Part shown: piece by piece, positions 1-8,914 of the stretch
How the letters are laid out: every line of letters begins with the position of its first letter
How positions within the stretch are numbered: position 1 is the stretch's first letter
IMG/VR virus record: IMGVR_UViG_3300029906_000002
Span: 76,507 to 140,506 of that record
DNA from: a virus
Reading direction: 5' to 3' (one strand)
Length of the DNA stretch: 64,000 nucleotides
The notes under the pieces: model-generated
The model's input: only the letters and a program-made list of their open reading frames with translations
Databases searched by the model: none
What the model was told of the DNA's origin: nothing
Position numbers and translations under genes: made by a program

Positions 1-402
1 CTCGACATACAACTCGGCAATGCCATAGTGCTTATCATTACCGTCAATGACATAATCGCCGTTCTCATCCTTTTCCCAACGCGAAGAAGCGATACCGGGA
101 CAATTCTCGATGCACTCCCAGATAGCTTTGTCGCGAGGCTTGGACAAGTCCAGTTCTTGCCCAGGCTTAATCTCAATCATCATGTCCATAGGAATGAACA
201 CTTTACCTTTTGATTGAAGCGTCTTATCTTCCTCGGAAAGAATCATGTCGCCATTCTTATCCACGGAACGCACGCATTCGGGGTAAGTACCGTCCGGTCT
301 ACGGCAAGGTTGGATAACATAGATTTGACCTACATCACTGAACGTGCTACGCAGTCTGATGAAATTTTTCTTTTTCTCTCGTCTTGAATCAAAACTGTTC
401 AT
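1..402 (-). CDS. Conserved crAss-like protein downstream of MCP (runs off window start)
   Basis: ATG at 402, open frame MNSFDSRREKKNFIRLRSTFSDVGQIYVIQPCRRPDG...YGIAELYVE to base 1; absent from the ORF track because truncated. Confidence 0.8.
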   Translation of the reverse strand, partial: MNSFDSRREKKKNFIRLRSTFSDVGQIYVIQPCRRPDGTYPECVRSVDKNGDMILSEEDKTLQSKGKVFIPMDMMIEIKPGQELDLSKPRDKAIWECIENCPGIASSRWEKDENGDYVIDGNDKHYGIAELYVE

Positions 403-463
403 ATCTTAATAATGATTAGTATCCTGTTTTCAGGATTGGTTAGTTTCTTTATCATCATTTGTT

Positions 464-503
464 AATAAGAAGGGACGGCTTGGTTGCGGCCTTACCGTCC
501 CTT
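464..503 (-). terminator. Intrinsic terminator after MCP
   Basis: Stem AAGGGACGG (470-478)/CCGTCCCTT (495-503) then T-rich tail on minus strand. Confidence 0.65.
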
Positions 504-521
504 GGAAGTATATAAGGGAAA

Positions 522-1961
522 TCAGACTTCCCTCATGATTGCGCTGCGGTAGGGCGAGAAAGCAGCGATGGAGCTGTAACCCCAGATAACCGCCTTGCTT
601 GCTGCAACGGGAGAGCTTACGTCGCCACTGGTCAGGCCGTTCTGTCCGCCCACACCTGTGATGGTGTTCGTGATGAAGTCGCCACCTTTCAGCGTGAAGC
701 CTGCAATGGCGGGATTACCTGTGGACTTGTCGGCAGTCAGGTCGATGAACATAGCATAACCCTTGTCCATACCCCATTCACGAGAGAACGTACGGTCAAC
801 CTTGAAGGACAAGATATTGCCTGCTACCTCGTAAGACATGAACGTGGCACCTACGCCAACCTTGCTGACCTGCATATATTCATGCTTAGCCATCGTGTAC
901 AAGAACGTACCACAAGTTTTGAACTGTGCCAACCAGCTGAACAAGGCATCTTGGGCATCAACCCAGAACTTCTCGTTGCAGACAACGGTGATGATGTTAC
1001 CAGTCGGCTTGTCGGCCTTGTGGATAACTTGCTGGAGCATACGGTTGAACACGCTCACACTCAGATTGGTGTAGAACGTCTTGGAAGCGAAACGCTCAAC
1101 CTGCGGAACCAGACCTTCACCGATGTAGATGGGACGGTTGTCAACAGGGTCGTAGATAGTCGGCTTGCCCGTCTTGCCATCCACATTGGTCTTGCTCAGC
1201 AACAGGCCGTTGTTACGAACTTCAAGGAAGCTCTCCATCAGCTGCTTCTTGGCAGTGTTCATGATGAAGATCTTCTCGGATGCGGCACCATTGCCTTCAC
1301 CCTTGGCAATCTTCACAAACACATCCTCCTGGGCTGCATACAGTGCTGTCCAAGAGATGTCACAACGATGCGTGGAGATGTAATTACGATGCTTCTCGAC
1401 GTTGCTCTGAGCCTTCGTGTAACCTTCCTGGTGTGCTTCGGGATGATAGTTGGACAGGAAACGGGTGTAGTCGCCAATCTGGCAAGCATTGACATCCAAA
1501 ATGGACTTGTAGTCGTTGTCAATCAAACGGACCATGACAGCCCATTTCTTATCGCCCTTACGATACGGACGCTCGATAACGAAACATTGCTGACGGCTCT
1601 TCTCGATGCGGAAGGTATCGTACTTCTCGAAATAGCGTTCCTTGAATACCATTTCGATAGGCGTGCCGTTCTCGCCGGTTTCCGTGGGAACCTCTGCGAA
1701 TTCCACACGTTTGATAAAGTTTACGTCAACATACCATTCATACATCATGGAGTTGATGGAGCGGAATTTCTCCTTGGAATCGCGGTTCAGGTAGAACGTA
1801 TTACGGAGCGATTCAGTCAGGAAAGAACCAGTCAGGTCGGAGTACATTCTCGACATGACACCCAGACGTTCAGGGCGTGCGCCTACATACGAGAAGTAAT
1901 CCTGGTATGTACGGGTATCGCCCATGGTCTCGTGGTGGTTTACATACTTTGCTACTAACAT
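522..1961 (-). CDS. Major capsid protein, crAss-like
   Basis: 479 aa; EGYTKAQSNVEKHRNYISTHR segment resembles crAss-like MCPs; same strand and module as portal/TerL. Confidence 0.85.
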   Translation of the reverse strand: MLVAKYVNHHETMGDTRTYQDYFSYVGARPERLGVMSRMYSDLTGSFLTESLRNTFYLNRDSKEKFRSINSMMYEWYVDVNFIKRVEFAEVPTETGENGTPIEMVFKERYFEKYDTFRIEKSRQQCFVIERPYRKGDKKWAVMVRLIDNDYKSILDVNACQIGDYTRFLSNYHPEAHQEGYTKAQSNVEKHRNYISTHRCDISWTALYAAQEDVFVKIAKGEGNGAASEKIFIMNTAKKQLMESFLEVRNNGLLLSKTNVDGKTGKPTIYDPVDNRPIYIGEGLVPQVERFASKTFYTNLSVSVFNRMLQQVIHKADKPTGNIITVVCNEKFWVDAQDALFSWLAQFKTCGTFLYTMAKHEYMQVSKVGVGATFMSYEVAGNILSFKVDRTFSREWGMDKGYAMFIDLTADKSTGNPAIAGFTLKGGDFITNTITGVGGQNGLTSGDVSSPVAASKAVIWGYSSIAAFSPYRSAIMREV

Positions 1962-1991
1962 GTTAAGTCGTTTTTAATGTGCTTTCTATCT

Positions 1992-3176
1992 TTAATCAAG
2001 ACCGGCATCAAGGTCATCAAGCGTGGGGATGTCCTTGAACTGCCCGCGAGAAGGTTTGGATACCGGCTTTTTCACGACGTATGACATGCCTTTGCCGTTC
2101 TTTGCATCCTCAAAACCTTTCTGGTATGCGGCCTGCTGGCGGTTATTGATTTCATTTTTGTAATATCTCTGCATCTGATTGATGGCTTCATCGCCTTTCA
2201 AGGCATACCATACCATCTTAGATAGCGTTTCAGGATCGTTGATAAGACCAACCAGATAACGTGTGCCTGTAGCATCGGAATCCAAGATAGCGGAAGCGAT
2301 GTCTTCCTTATCCTCATCGGAGAGCTGCGCATCAAGGTCACCGAGCTTCATGTTACTCATACCATTTAATGTGTCAACAATCAAGCCTTCGTATTCCTGC
2401 TGTTGGCGTTTGGTACGGTCTTCGGATTCTTGCAGGCGTTGCTGGTAGATAGCTTCCTCCTGCTTCTTGTAGGTGTCGCGCAACCCGTCCATCATGCGCT
2501 CGTAGGACTGCGGATTGGTCTTTGCTGCATTCAGCGCAGCAACAACCTCATCCTCCGTAGCATCGGGAACACGATTCTTGTAATCTGAGATGAACAGGTC
2601 GTCATCAGTAAGTTGGTCGATATCGTAGTATTGCTGGCCTCCACCGGAGTTCACATAGTTCTGTACGGCTCGATTCTGGATAGTGGTTACGAAATCCTCA
2701 ATGCTCATCTTGGAACGGCGGATGGAATTGATGAGGTCAATCTCGTCATCGTCAAGATCGTAGTCATTGTTGCTTTCACCACTTCCACCGGAAAGGCTTT
2801 GCAACAGATCAAGCTGCTCCGTTCTGCTTAAGCTATTGAACGACGAATAGGACGGATTACCGTTCTCATCGTCAACCTGGATATTGTTCGGATCAATACC
2901 CATGGAGCGCAGATAAGAAGAAAGAACATCTTCGTCTCCGTCTCCATCATTGCCTTTGAACGTAGCAACAGCGTTGTCGTTAAGACGATTAAGCAGTTCA
3001 TTGTCATCGCTTCTTCCACCCGTTTGAACGGCATTCGGGTTGGCTGCGGTAACGGCGTTCTGCCCGACCATTTGGCCGGGATTGTTGTTTGGATTCACTT
3101 GCTGCTGTACTCCAGATGGAGTGACGTCATCAAACAGATCGTCATCAATGTTTGAAGAAAACAAATCATCATTCAT
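1992..3176 (-). CDS. Acidic low-complexity protein, probable scaffold/head assembly protein
   Basis: 394 aa, D/E/N/Q-rich, C-terminal coiled coil, directly upstream of MCP. Confidence 0.6.
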   Translation of the reverse strand: MNDDLFSSNIDDDLFDDVTPSGVQQQVNPNNNPGQMVGQNAVTAANPNAVQTGGRSDDNELLNRLNDNAVATFKGNDGDGDEDVLSSYLRSMGIDPNNIQVDDENGNPSYSSFNSLSRTEQLDLLQSLSGGSGESNNDYDLDDDEIDLINSIRRSKMSIEDFVTTIQNRAVQNYVNSGGGQQYYDIDQLTDDDLFISDYKNRVPDATEDEVVAALNAAKTNPQSYERMMDGLRDTYKKQEEAIYQQRLQESEDRTKRQQQEYEGLIVDTLNGMSNMKLGDLDAQLSDEDKEDIASAILDSDATGTRYLVGLINDPETLSKMVWYALKGDEAINQMQRYYKNEINNRQQAAYQKGFEDAKNGKGMSYVVKKPVSKPSRGQFKDIPTLDDLDAGLD

Positions 3177-3203
3177 ATTACATTCACATAATTAGTTACT
3201 TGA

Positions 3204-3211
3204 CAAAACTA
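3204..3211 (-). promoter_or_regulatory. Bacteroidetes -7 promoter element (TAnnTTTG)
   Basis: TAGTTTTG on minus strand just upstream of 3176 start. Confidence 0.5.
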
Positions 3212-3221
3212 ATCAGAAAAG

Positions 3222-5498
3222 TCAATAATAATTTTCAGAATAACCTATGTACATGATGAATATGAGCGTATAGTACTGAGGTTCTATGTTTACGGGCTGT
3301 CCACCACCTGTCTCGCCTGTTGTGACACTTGCGCGTGCCACACTCTGTGTAACAGCTTGTGTTCCTTCGCCTCCTTCCGAACCTGTGCCACTTTCCGGTA
3401 TATCCACGGTATGTGAGTGAGCTGGCATCTGATCCACAGTGAGCGTGACTTCATTGTTTTCATTGCCTCCTTCAAGTCCCGCTTTAGTGCTTGCTTTGAT
3501 ATACTTGTCTATTAGATTAGGTGTTCCGTTTCCTCCATCACAGATAGCCCATCCTGTAGGTACAGGCTTTCTACCATCATACATCACAATCATGCCAGGA
3601 AAGATGGTATCGGGCATACGAATAGTCCTCAACTCGCCATCCCATACATACACATCGGTAGGTTGCCCGTCTGTGAATATCCCCGAACCTTCACCAGTCA
3701 AGTCTTGATTCTGTACATCTCCACGGAAATAGCAACGGATGATATTCTCTGGGAGCATATTTCCTTCTAATCTGCCTGAAGCATAGCAATAGGTCATGCC
3801 GTTTATTTCTTGCGCCAACAAGAAACCTTGTAGTTTATTGTAGCTGAATTTACCTTCAACCTTTAAGCTGTTAATTATATCGTAAACCACATCGCATCCA
3901 ACCACGCTACAGTTTACTTCGCAACCATTGATTTCTCCAGCTACTATTTTACTGTTGTTTGAAGCACCGTTATCAGTTCCTATTATTGCGCTCTCTGTAA
4001 ATGTCTTGAAAATACAGTCGCTGAACGTGCCTTTCATCTGCATGGTCATATTGCCGCCAAGCGTGTATTCCCTGTTTGGGAAAGCCATGCGTTGCAGGTT
4101 ATCCGGATTGACTTCTATAACCGTGTTTCGTATCTCTCCCGTACACGAACCATCTCCAGCAACAACCAACTCTTCAACATTTTCTTCCTCGCTGACATCC
4201 ATCTGGTTTCTCTCATTGAAGAACTGGAACAAATACTTCCATTCACCGTCTATGTAGAACCTTAGATGCTTGAAATCAAAGTTTGCACTATTGCCGTATT
4301 CATCAGTAAGCCGCGTGATACGTCCAAATGTTTGTAATGTTTCTCCTTCTGCATCCGTCACGTTGTCTGGAGTAGGATCATACTCAAGTTGCCATTGTGG
4401 ATATTCATAGAAGTAAGCGTATTTACTGAGAGTAGTATGTGAAGTGGCGGTAACGACAAGTTTATAGACATTCTTGTTTAGGAATAGATCACCCTCAAAA
4501 GAATCCTCTTCACGTTCCTCAAGCATATCCCACTCGTTCATGAAGTCAAACCTGTACTTCACTCCAGGTTCAAGCGAGCCTTCTTCCATCTTGGTTAGTA
4601 TTTCGCTATATTCTGTATCTATAAATGAATTCGGATCGTTACGGACCACGATATTGTCCACGTACAACCACGATTCACCACCATCCATCTCCATCAAAAA
4701 GCCATTATCTTCACTTCCTCCATCATTGCGAATAGTGTCTGTAACAATTTCTTTGTCACTACCCATGACAAGATTGCTATCCAGCTTTGTTTCATCATTG
4801 GATATGGTTAATGTATCCTTATCATTGATGCTAATTATGATGTCGGTACTGGAATCAATATGCTTCTCGTTACGTTCCGCATAGATTTCTATGCCGTCTG
4901 TTTCGTTGCCTATGATGAGCTTGTTCCCGCTTTCCGAGAAGTAGCCTTCAAGCAACAAAGAGTAGTTTGCTTGGTCGACAAGCACATGCAATGGATCATT
5001 AATAGGATCGGGTATCTTGAATTCGAGTTTGGTAGCAACGCCTCCGGATATGGTATAAATAGCACTTTCCGAGGAGATAAAGGCAATACCGGATTGTATG
5101 CCGTAAGAGTTCAGTTCATCCACTGTTTCGGCAAGTATGCCGATATTCTTCTGGGCAAACATCTTTTCCTCGCCAGTCTTACCTTCCTGTAACTCAAAGG
5201 CTACGAAATTGCTGCTTGACGCATCCTGCACGATAGGAATGATAGTGTCGCCATCTTTGATGAACACTTGTCCATCTTCCGTGATAAAGATGCCACTACC
5301 AGGAGCAGACGCTATGTCGTCTTCCGAAGTCACTTTCTTGAATAACTTGACGTCAGCATTAATCTTACCATCTTTAATAAGATCAATGTATTTGTTTCCC
5401 CACTTAATCTTAACCTTACCCTTTGTCTTTATCAGAAAGTCAGCACTACTCTTGCCGATACTCTCATAATTTCTTCCGAACAATCCTTCCATTGCCAC
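3222..5498 (-). CDS. Tail protein with C-terminal tail-collar/short-fibre domain
   Basis: 758 aa; C-terminal PGMIVMY..VPTGWAICDG.NGTPNL...QMPAHSH...NIEPQYYTLIFIM is a typical collar/tip motif. Confidence 0.75.
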   Translation of the reverse strand: MAMEGLFGRNYESIGKSSADFLIKTKGKVKIKWGNKYIDLIKDGKINADVKLFKKVTSEDDIASAPGSGIFITEDGQVFIKDGDTIIPIVQDASSSNFVAFELQEGKTGEEKMFAQKNIGILAETVDELNSYGIQSGIAFISSESAIYTISGGVATKLEFKIPDPINDPLHVLVDQANYSLLLEGYFSESGNKLIIGNETDGIEIYAERNEKHIDSSTDIIISINDKDTLTISNDETKLDSNLVMGSDKEIVTDTIRNDGGSEDNGFLMEMDGGESWLYVDNIVVRNDPNSFIDTEYSEILTKMEEGSLEPGVKYRFDFMNEWDMLEEREEDSFEGDLFLNKNVYKLVVTATSHTTLSKYAYFYEYPQWQLEYDPTPDNVTDAEGETLQTFGRITRLTDEYGNSANFDFKHLRFYIDGEWKYLFQFFNERNQMDVSEEENVEELVVAGDGSCTGEIRNTVIEVNPDNLQRMAFPNREYTLGGNMTMQMKGTFSDCIFKTFTESAIIGTDNGASNNSKIVAGEINGCEVNCSVVGCDVVYDIINSLKVEGKFSYNKLQGFLLAQEINGMTYCYASGRLEGNMLPENIIRCYFRGDVQNQDLTGEGSGIFTDGQPTDVYVWDGELRTIRMPDTIFPGMIVMYDGRKPVPTGWAICDGGNGTPNLIDKYIKASTKAGLEGGNENNEVTLTVDQMPAHSHTVDIPESGTGSEGGEGTQAVTQSVARASVTTGETGGGQPVNIEPQYYTLIFIMYIGYSENYY

Positions 5499-5510
5499 AT
5501 TACTTTATGG

Positions 5511-5518
5511 CAAAATTA
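5511..5518 (-). promoter_or_regulatory. Bacteroidetes -7 promoter element
   Basis: TAATTTTG on minus strand just upstream of 5498 start. Confidence 0.5.
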
Positions 5519-5552
5519 AAGGCGGCCAGAAACGTGTTCCAACCGCCTCAAA

Positions 5553-5819
5553 TTACAACATGACCCTTGAAAATCTATCTGAATGCCTGTTGTGTTTCCA
5601 GCCTGCAAAACAAACATCCTTATCGTATTCCCATTCGATGATTCCTGTGTCATAGTTGAAGCTATACGGAATAGTGGATTCAATCTTGAAGTTGAATGCA
5701 GGCTTCTTCACCGCGCTTATCCAAATGCTGAAATCCACCGAAGCAATCATCAACCCTAACTTGTCTATCGTATGCTTGCTATTGAAATCATCGAATATCT
5801 TTTTTAAATACAGTTTCAT
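5553..5819 (-). CDS. Hypothetical protein
   Basis: 88 aa, start overlaps stop of upstream gene. Confidence 0.6.
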   Translation of the reverse strand: MKLYLKKIFDDFNSKHTIDKLGLMIASVDFSIWISAVKKPAFNFKIESTIPYSFNYDTGIIEWEYDKDVCFAGWKHNRHSDRFSRVML

Positions 5820-6049
5820 CAGAATAACTTGCCTACATATAAACCTATCTTATTCAGAAACTCATCCTTCTTATCAATATAGTAGAAGTGTTTCTTTTTG
5901 TTCTCGTCATAAATCAAATAAGGCTTATAGGCATCCCTGACGCGCGTGCCACCCTTACTTAGGGCCTCAAGATGTTTCAGTAGACTAATCATCTCTCGCT
6001 CATCCATTGGTATGCCAAGCTCCTTGAACTCTACAAGACGTTCACTCAT
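5819..6049 (-). CDS. Hypothetical protein
   Basis: 76 aa, overlapping stop/start with neighbours. Confidence 0.65.
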   Translation of the reverse strand: MSERLVEFKELGIPMDEREMISLLKHLEALSKGGTRVRDAYKPYLIYDENKKKHFYYIDKKDEFLNKIGLYVGKLF

Positions 6050-6414
6050 TTCAATACCTCCAATACTTTGTCGATGATTTCGGGTTTGCCAAGGTTCTTC
6101 TGAATCTCCAGTAGGCGCATGTAAGAACGGATATAACCGGGTTGGATATACTTGCCATTGCTAACGATATACTTCATATTATAGGTGATATCCTCAATAT
6201 CAGCCAATCTCTTGCCGTTATACCGATAGTTACGCACGGGTCTGTCACGTACCCAGTCTGGCAATAAATCCTCCTCATCAATAGGAACAAGTACTTGTAT
6301 CAAGTTGGTGTACACACGTGAAGCCGACTTGCCTTTGATCCCATTGTAGGCAAATCCCATCTCGACCATAGTGATTATGGTCTTTTCGTTAAATTCTACC
6401 TCGACCTTTCTCAT
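6046..6414 (-). CDS. Hypothetical protein
   Basis: 122 aa in tightly packed minus-strand run. Confidence 0.65.
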   Translation of the reverse strand: MRKVEVEFNEKTIITMVEMGFAYNGIKGKSASRVYTNLIQVLVPIDEEDLLPDWVRDRPVRNYRYNGKRLADIEDITYNMKYIVSNGKYIQPGYIRSYMRLLEIQKNLGKPEIIDKVLEVLK

Positions 6415-6781
6415 AAGTTACTTTATATCTGTTTACTCTTGTTTTTCTGATAATGGCTATGATGTCATTAAGGAACTTCTTTCTTAGTTCATTGTTTCGG
6501 CAGTAAAACTTGCTCATGCCTCCGTTGATTAAGTTGTCCAGCTTTATCAACTTTGAGCCAGTCTCTTCAACTTTGAATTCAAACTCGCATTTACTGCGTC
6601 CTGTCATCACATAGTAGCTGGTTGCCGAGATATAATAGGTGGCGTTATTGAAGAATATGTCTGGTATGATATCGGATTCCATGTGGTTCTTCTCTTCCAC
6701 GTCGAGCTTGACGAAATACATGGTTATCACACCTCTTTTCTTCATCCCTATCCTCTTGGCATTACATCGGATTATTTGCAT
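6389..6781 (-). CDS. Hypothetical protein
   Basis: 130 aa in tightly packed run. Confidence 0.6.
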   Translation of the reverse strand: MQIIRCNAKRIGMKKRGVITMYFVKLDVEEKNHMESDIIPDIFFNNATYYISATSYYVMTGRSKCEFEFKVEETGSKLIKLDNLINGGMSKFYCRNNELRKKFLNDIIAIIRKTRVNRYKVTYEKGRGRI

Positions 6782-6783
6782 AA

Positions 6784-7128
6784 CTATGAGTTTCTATATC
6801 GGTTTCGTAATTCGGTTACCTTCTCTTCAATGGTTTCAATGAAGGAATGATGGGATTCGGATTTGCTTTTCATGAACATCCTCTTGGCAATACTTATTGA
6901 GACAAACGGATGATTGTTGTACATCGTGTAGGCATCACTGTACTTCATCACATCCAACCCAGATATTCTGAACATATCCTCAGTACTCAAGAATGCATTT
7001 GTCTTAGTAAGACAGACAGCGACATAATCCACTTCCATCTTTGATATACGATAAGCGAGGTCGATTTCGGTAGCATCAACCTTCTTTCCTTCTGCTTTTC
7101 CTCTTATCTTTAAAACCACCTGTTTCAT
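6784..7128 (-). CDS. Hypothetical protein
   Basis: 114 aa, first gene of small operon; promoter-like TAACTTGC upstream (7146-7153). Confidence 0.65.
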   Translation of the reverse strand: MKQVVLKIRGKAEGKKVDATEIDLAYRISKMEVDYVAVCLTKTNAFLSTEDMFRISGLDVMKYSDAYTMYNNHPFVSISIAKRMFMKSKSESHHSFIETIEEKVTELRNRYRNS

Positions 7129-7228
7129 AATTCTTGTTTAGGGCCGCAAGTTAGCCATAAAAAATCAAATAACCTAATCTTAATCTTGTGCTGTAAAGCA
7201 GAAGAATGAAGTTTTTCGTGAGAATGAC

Positions 7229-7236
7229 TATATTTG
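7229..7236 (+). promoter_or_regulatory. Bacteroidetes -7 promoter element
   Basis: TATATTTG about 20 nt upstream of 7256 start. Confidence 0.55.
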
Positions 7237-7255
7237 TCGTCTAACCAATAAATGA

Positions 7256-7726
7256 TTGACTATGGAATTGAGAATTGACAGACAATATAAAGGGCTTGAC
7301 TACGTGATAAGCAACCTGTATGTGAACGGTGAGAAGTTTGGTTATGTGCTCGAAGATGCAGACAGAGGATTGCGACAAGAGATGCAGGAAGCTACTATAA
7401 GACGTGAAAAGATTTACGGCAAGACTGCTATTCCATACGGGCGATACAAAATCACATTGTCCGTGAAAAGCCCAAGATTCGGTGAACAGAAGTTCTATAA
7501 GGAAGTATGCGATGGTTATCTGCCGAGGCTTGAAAAAGTCCCTGGTTTCGATGGGGTGCTCGCTCACGTTGGTAACTACCCCAAAGACACCGAAGGATGT
7601 CTGCTTGTCGGGCTTGAAAAGAGTGATGGCATGATACTAAAATCAAGAGATGCTTTCAAAAAACTCTATCCATTGCTCAAAAAAGCTGATGAGAACGGTG
7701 AAGAGATCTGGATTCAAGTAGGTTGA
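7256..7726 (+). CDS. DUF5675-like putative endolysin/peptidoglycan peptidase
   Basis: MELRIDRQYK..YVISNLYVNGEKFGYVLED.DRGL...KIYGKTAIPYGRY...PRLEKVPGFDGVLAHVGN..KDTEGCLLVG matches this Bacteroidetes-phage family. Confidence 0.75.
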   Translation: MTMELRIDRQYKGLDYVISNLYVNGEKFGYVLEDADRGLRQEMQEATIRREKIYGKTAIPYGRYKITLSVKSPRFGEQKFYKEVCDGYLPRLEKVPGFDGVLAHVGNYPKDTEGCLLVGLEKSDGMILKSRDAFKKLYPLLKKADENGEEIWIQVG

Positions 7727-7727
7727 T

Positions 7728-7759
7728 TAAAACAGCTTGCCATCTCGACAAGCTGTTTT
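7728..7759 (+). terminator. Intrinsic terminator after putative endolysin
   Basis: AAACAGCTTG...CAAGCTGTTT then T-run. Confidence 0.6.
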
Positions 7760-7957
7760 ACGATAGAAAATGAAAGAAATTCAAAAACCAGAACATTATT
7801 AACCCTAAAAAACAAAGTAAAAAAAGGCGAGGGATTAATCACTTCCCCCGCCTCAAAGTGTGCCTCAGTGTGCGCCTTGTGACTTTGTGTGCTATGACAA
7901 AAATAAAGGCAGGCTTATGGTAGCCCGCCTCAATAATTCATTTATGTAGTTATGGAA

Positions 7958-8347
7958 TCACAAATCCGTTTCTTCTTTCTTAAACAGGTTGATAATACCC
8001 TTTACAATATCATAAATACCGCATGACATGGATCCTGTGGCTACACCTGCGAGTACGCACATACCCCAACTCAAATCAGTAACAGGGCTTGGAATACTTA
8101 CGGCTTTTACGATAACTGCAATGGCAATACCGATTACCAACGAGCAGCCAATCTTAGCCCACTTGTTGTCAGCGATAACGGGTACCAACTTACCGAGTTG
8201 AGTAATAAGCATACCGACAATACCAGCCAATCCTGCGTATGTCGTAAAGTCAAGAACGATGCCTGTAGCATCACTTGCGCCGTCTTGCGCCAGCAGAACC
8301 ATAGGACACGCCAGCAACAACATCAAAAAACAAATCCAATTCTTCAT
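7958..8347 (-). CDS. Holin-like membrane protein
   Basis: 129 aa, signal-like N-terminus plus three hydrophobic segments, charged tail (KKEETDL); converges on the endolysin gene. Confidence 0.6.
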   Translation of the reverse strand: MKNWICFLMLLLACPMVLLAQDGASDATGIVLDFTTYAGLAGIVGMLITQLGKLVPVIADNKWAKIGCSLVIGIAIAVIVKAVSIPSPVTDLSWGMCVLAGVATGSMSCGIYDIVKGIINLFKKEETDL

Positions 8348-8377
8348 AATTATATGTACATTTGGTTTGAGTGTAAG

Positions 8378-8907
8378 TTAGCTGTATGGTAAAAACGATA
8401 GGATCATTATATATCTTTCTTCCCGTGGTTCAAAATAGGTATCTTCTATAAATGAAGGATATAATGTCTGATTATTTATAATTGTGAATGTACTTCCAGA
8501 TGGCATTTCAAGAGAGTAACCAGTACCTTGTGTATATGATTCATTGTTAGTTATGGTATCAAGGTTTAAATCAAGTTGAAAATTAATAACAAACTCTGCA
8601 TCAGCAAAAGGAAATCCATGAGTATAATAGGATATTGAAGTCTGTATAATATTATCATCACGTAATTCAATAATATCATTAGTCTGTACTGATTTTGTTG
8701 CTTCATAAACATACCCTAATTCATCACGCAGAATTTCGGTCATCATTGTACCAACCTGTAAGTCGGTTTCTTTTAAGTTGTACAAAACATTACACCCTTT
8801 GTATATATCAAAAGCAGGCGTAAATATTATATACTTTATTCCGTTTTTAAGGTTAGCGTACTGCCCCCCCCCATTACCATATCGTTGTATATTAATCTTT
8901 TACGCAT
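8378..8907 (-). pseudogene. Poly-G frameshifted gene (OFF state; 176 aa if G10)
   Basis: ATG 8907 MRKRLIYNDMVM then G9 (8864-8872) gives a 23-aa peptide ending at TAA; one extra G reads GGGQYANLKNGIKYIIFTPAFDIYKGCNVLYNLKETDL straight into ORF 8378-8785. Confidence 0.8.
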
Positions 8908-8914
8908 ATAGATT

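Noticed and set aside
882-1958. 358-aa plus-strand ORF
   Set aside because: Antisense shadow of the MCP gene caused by codon bias
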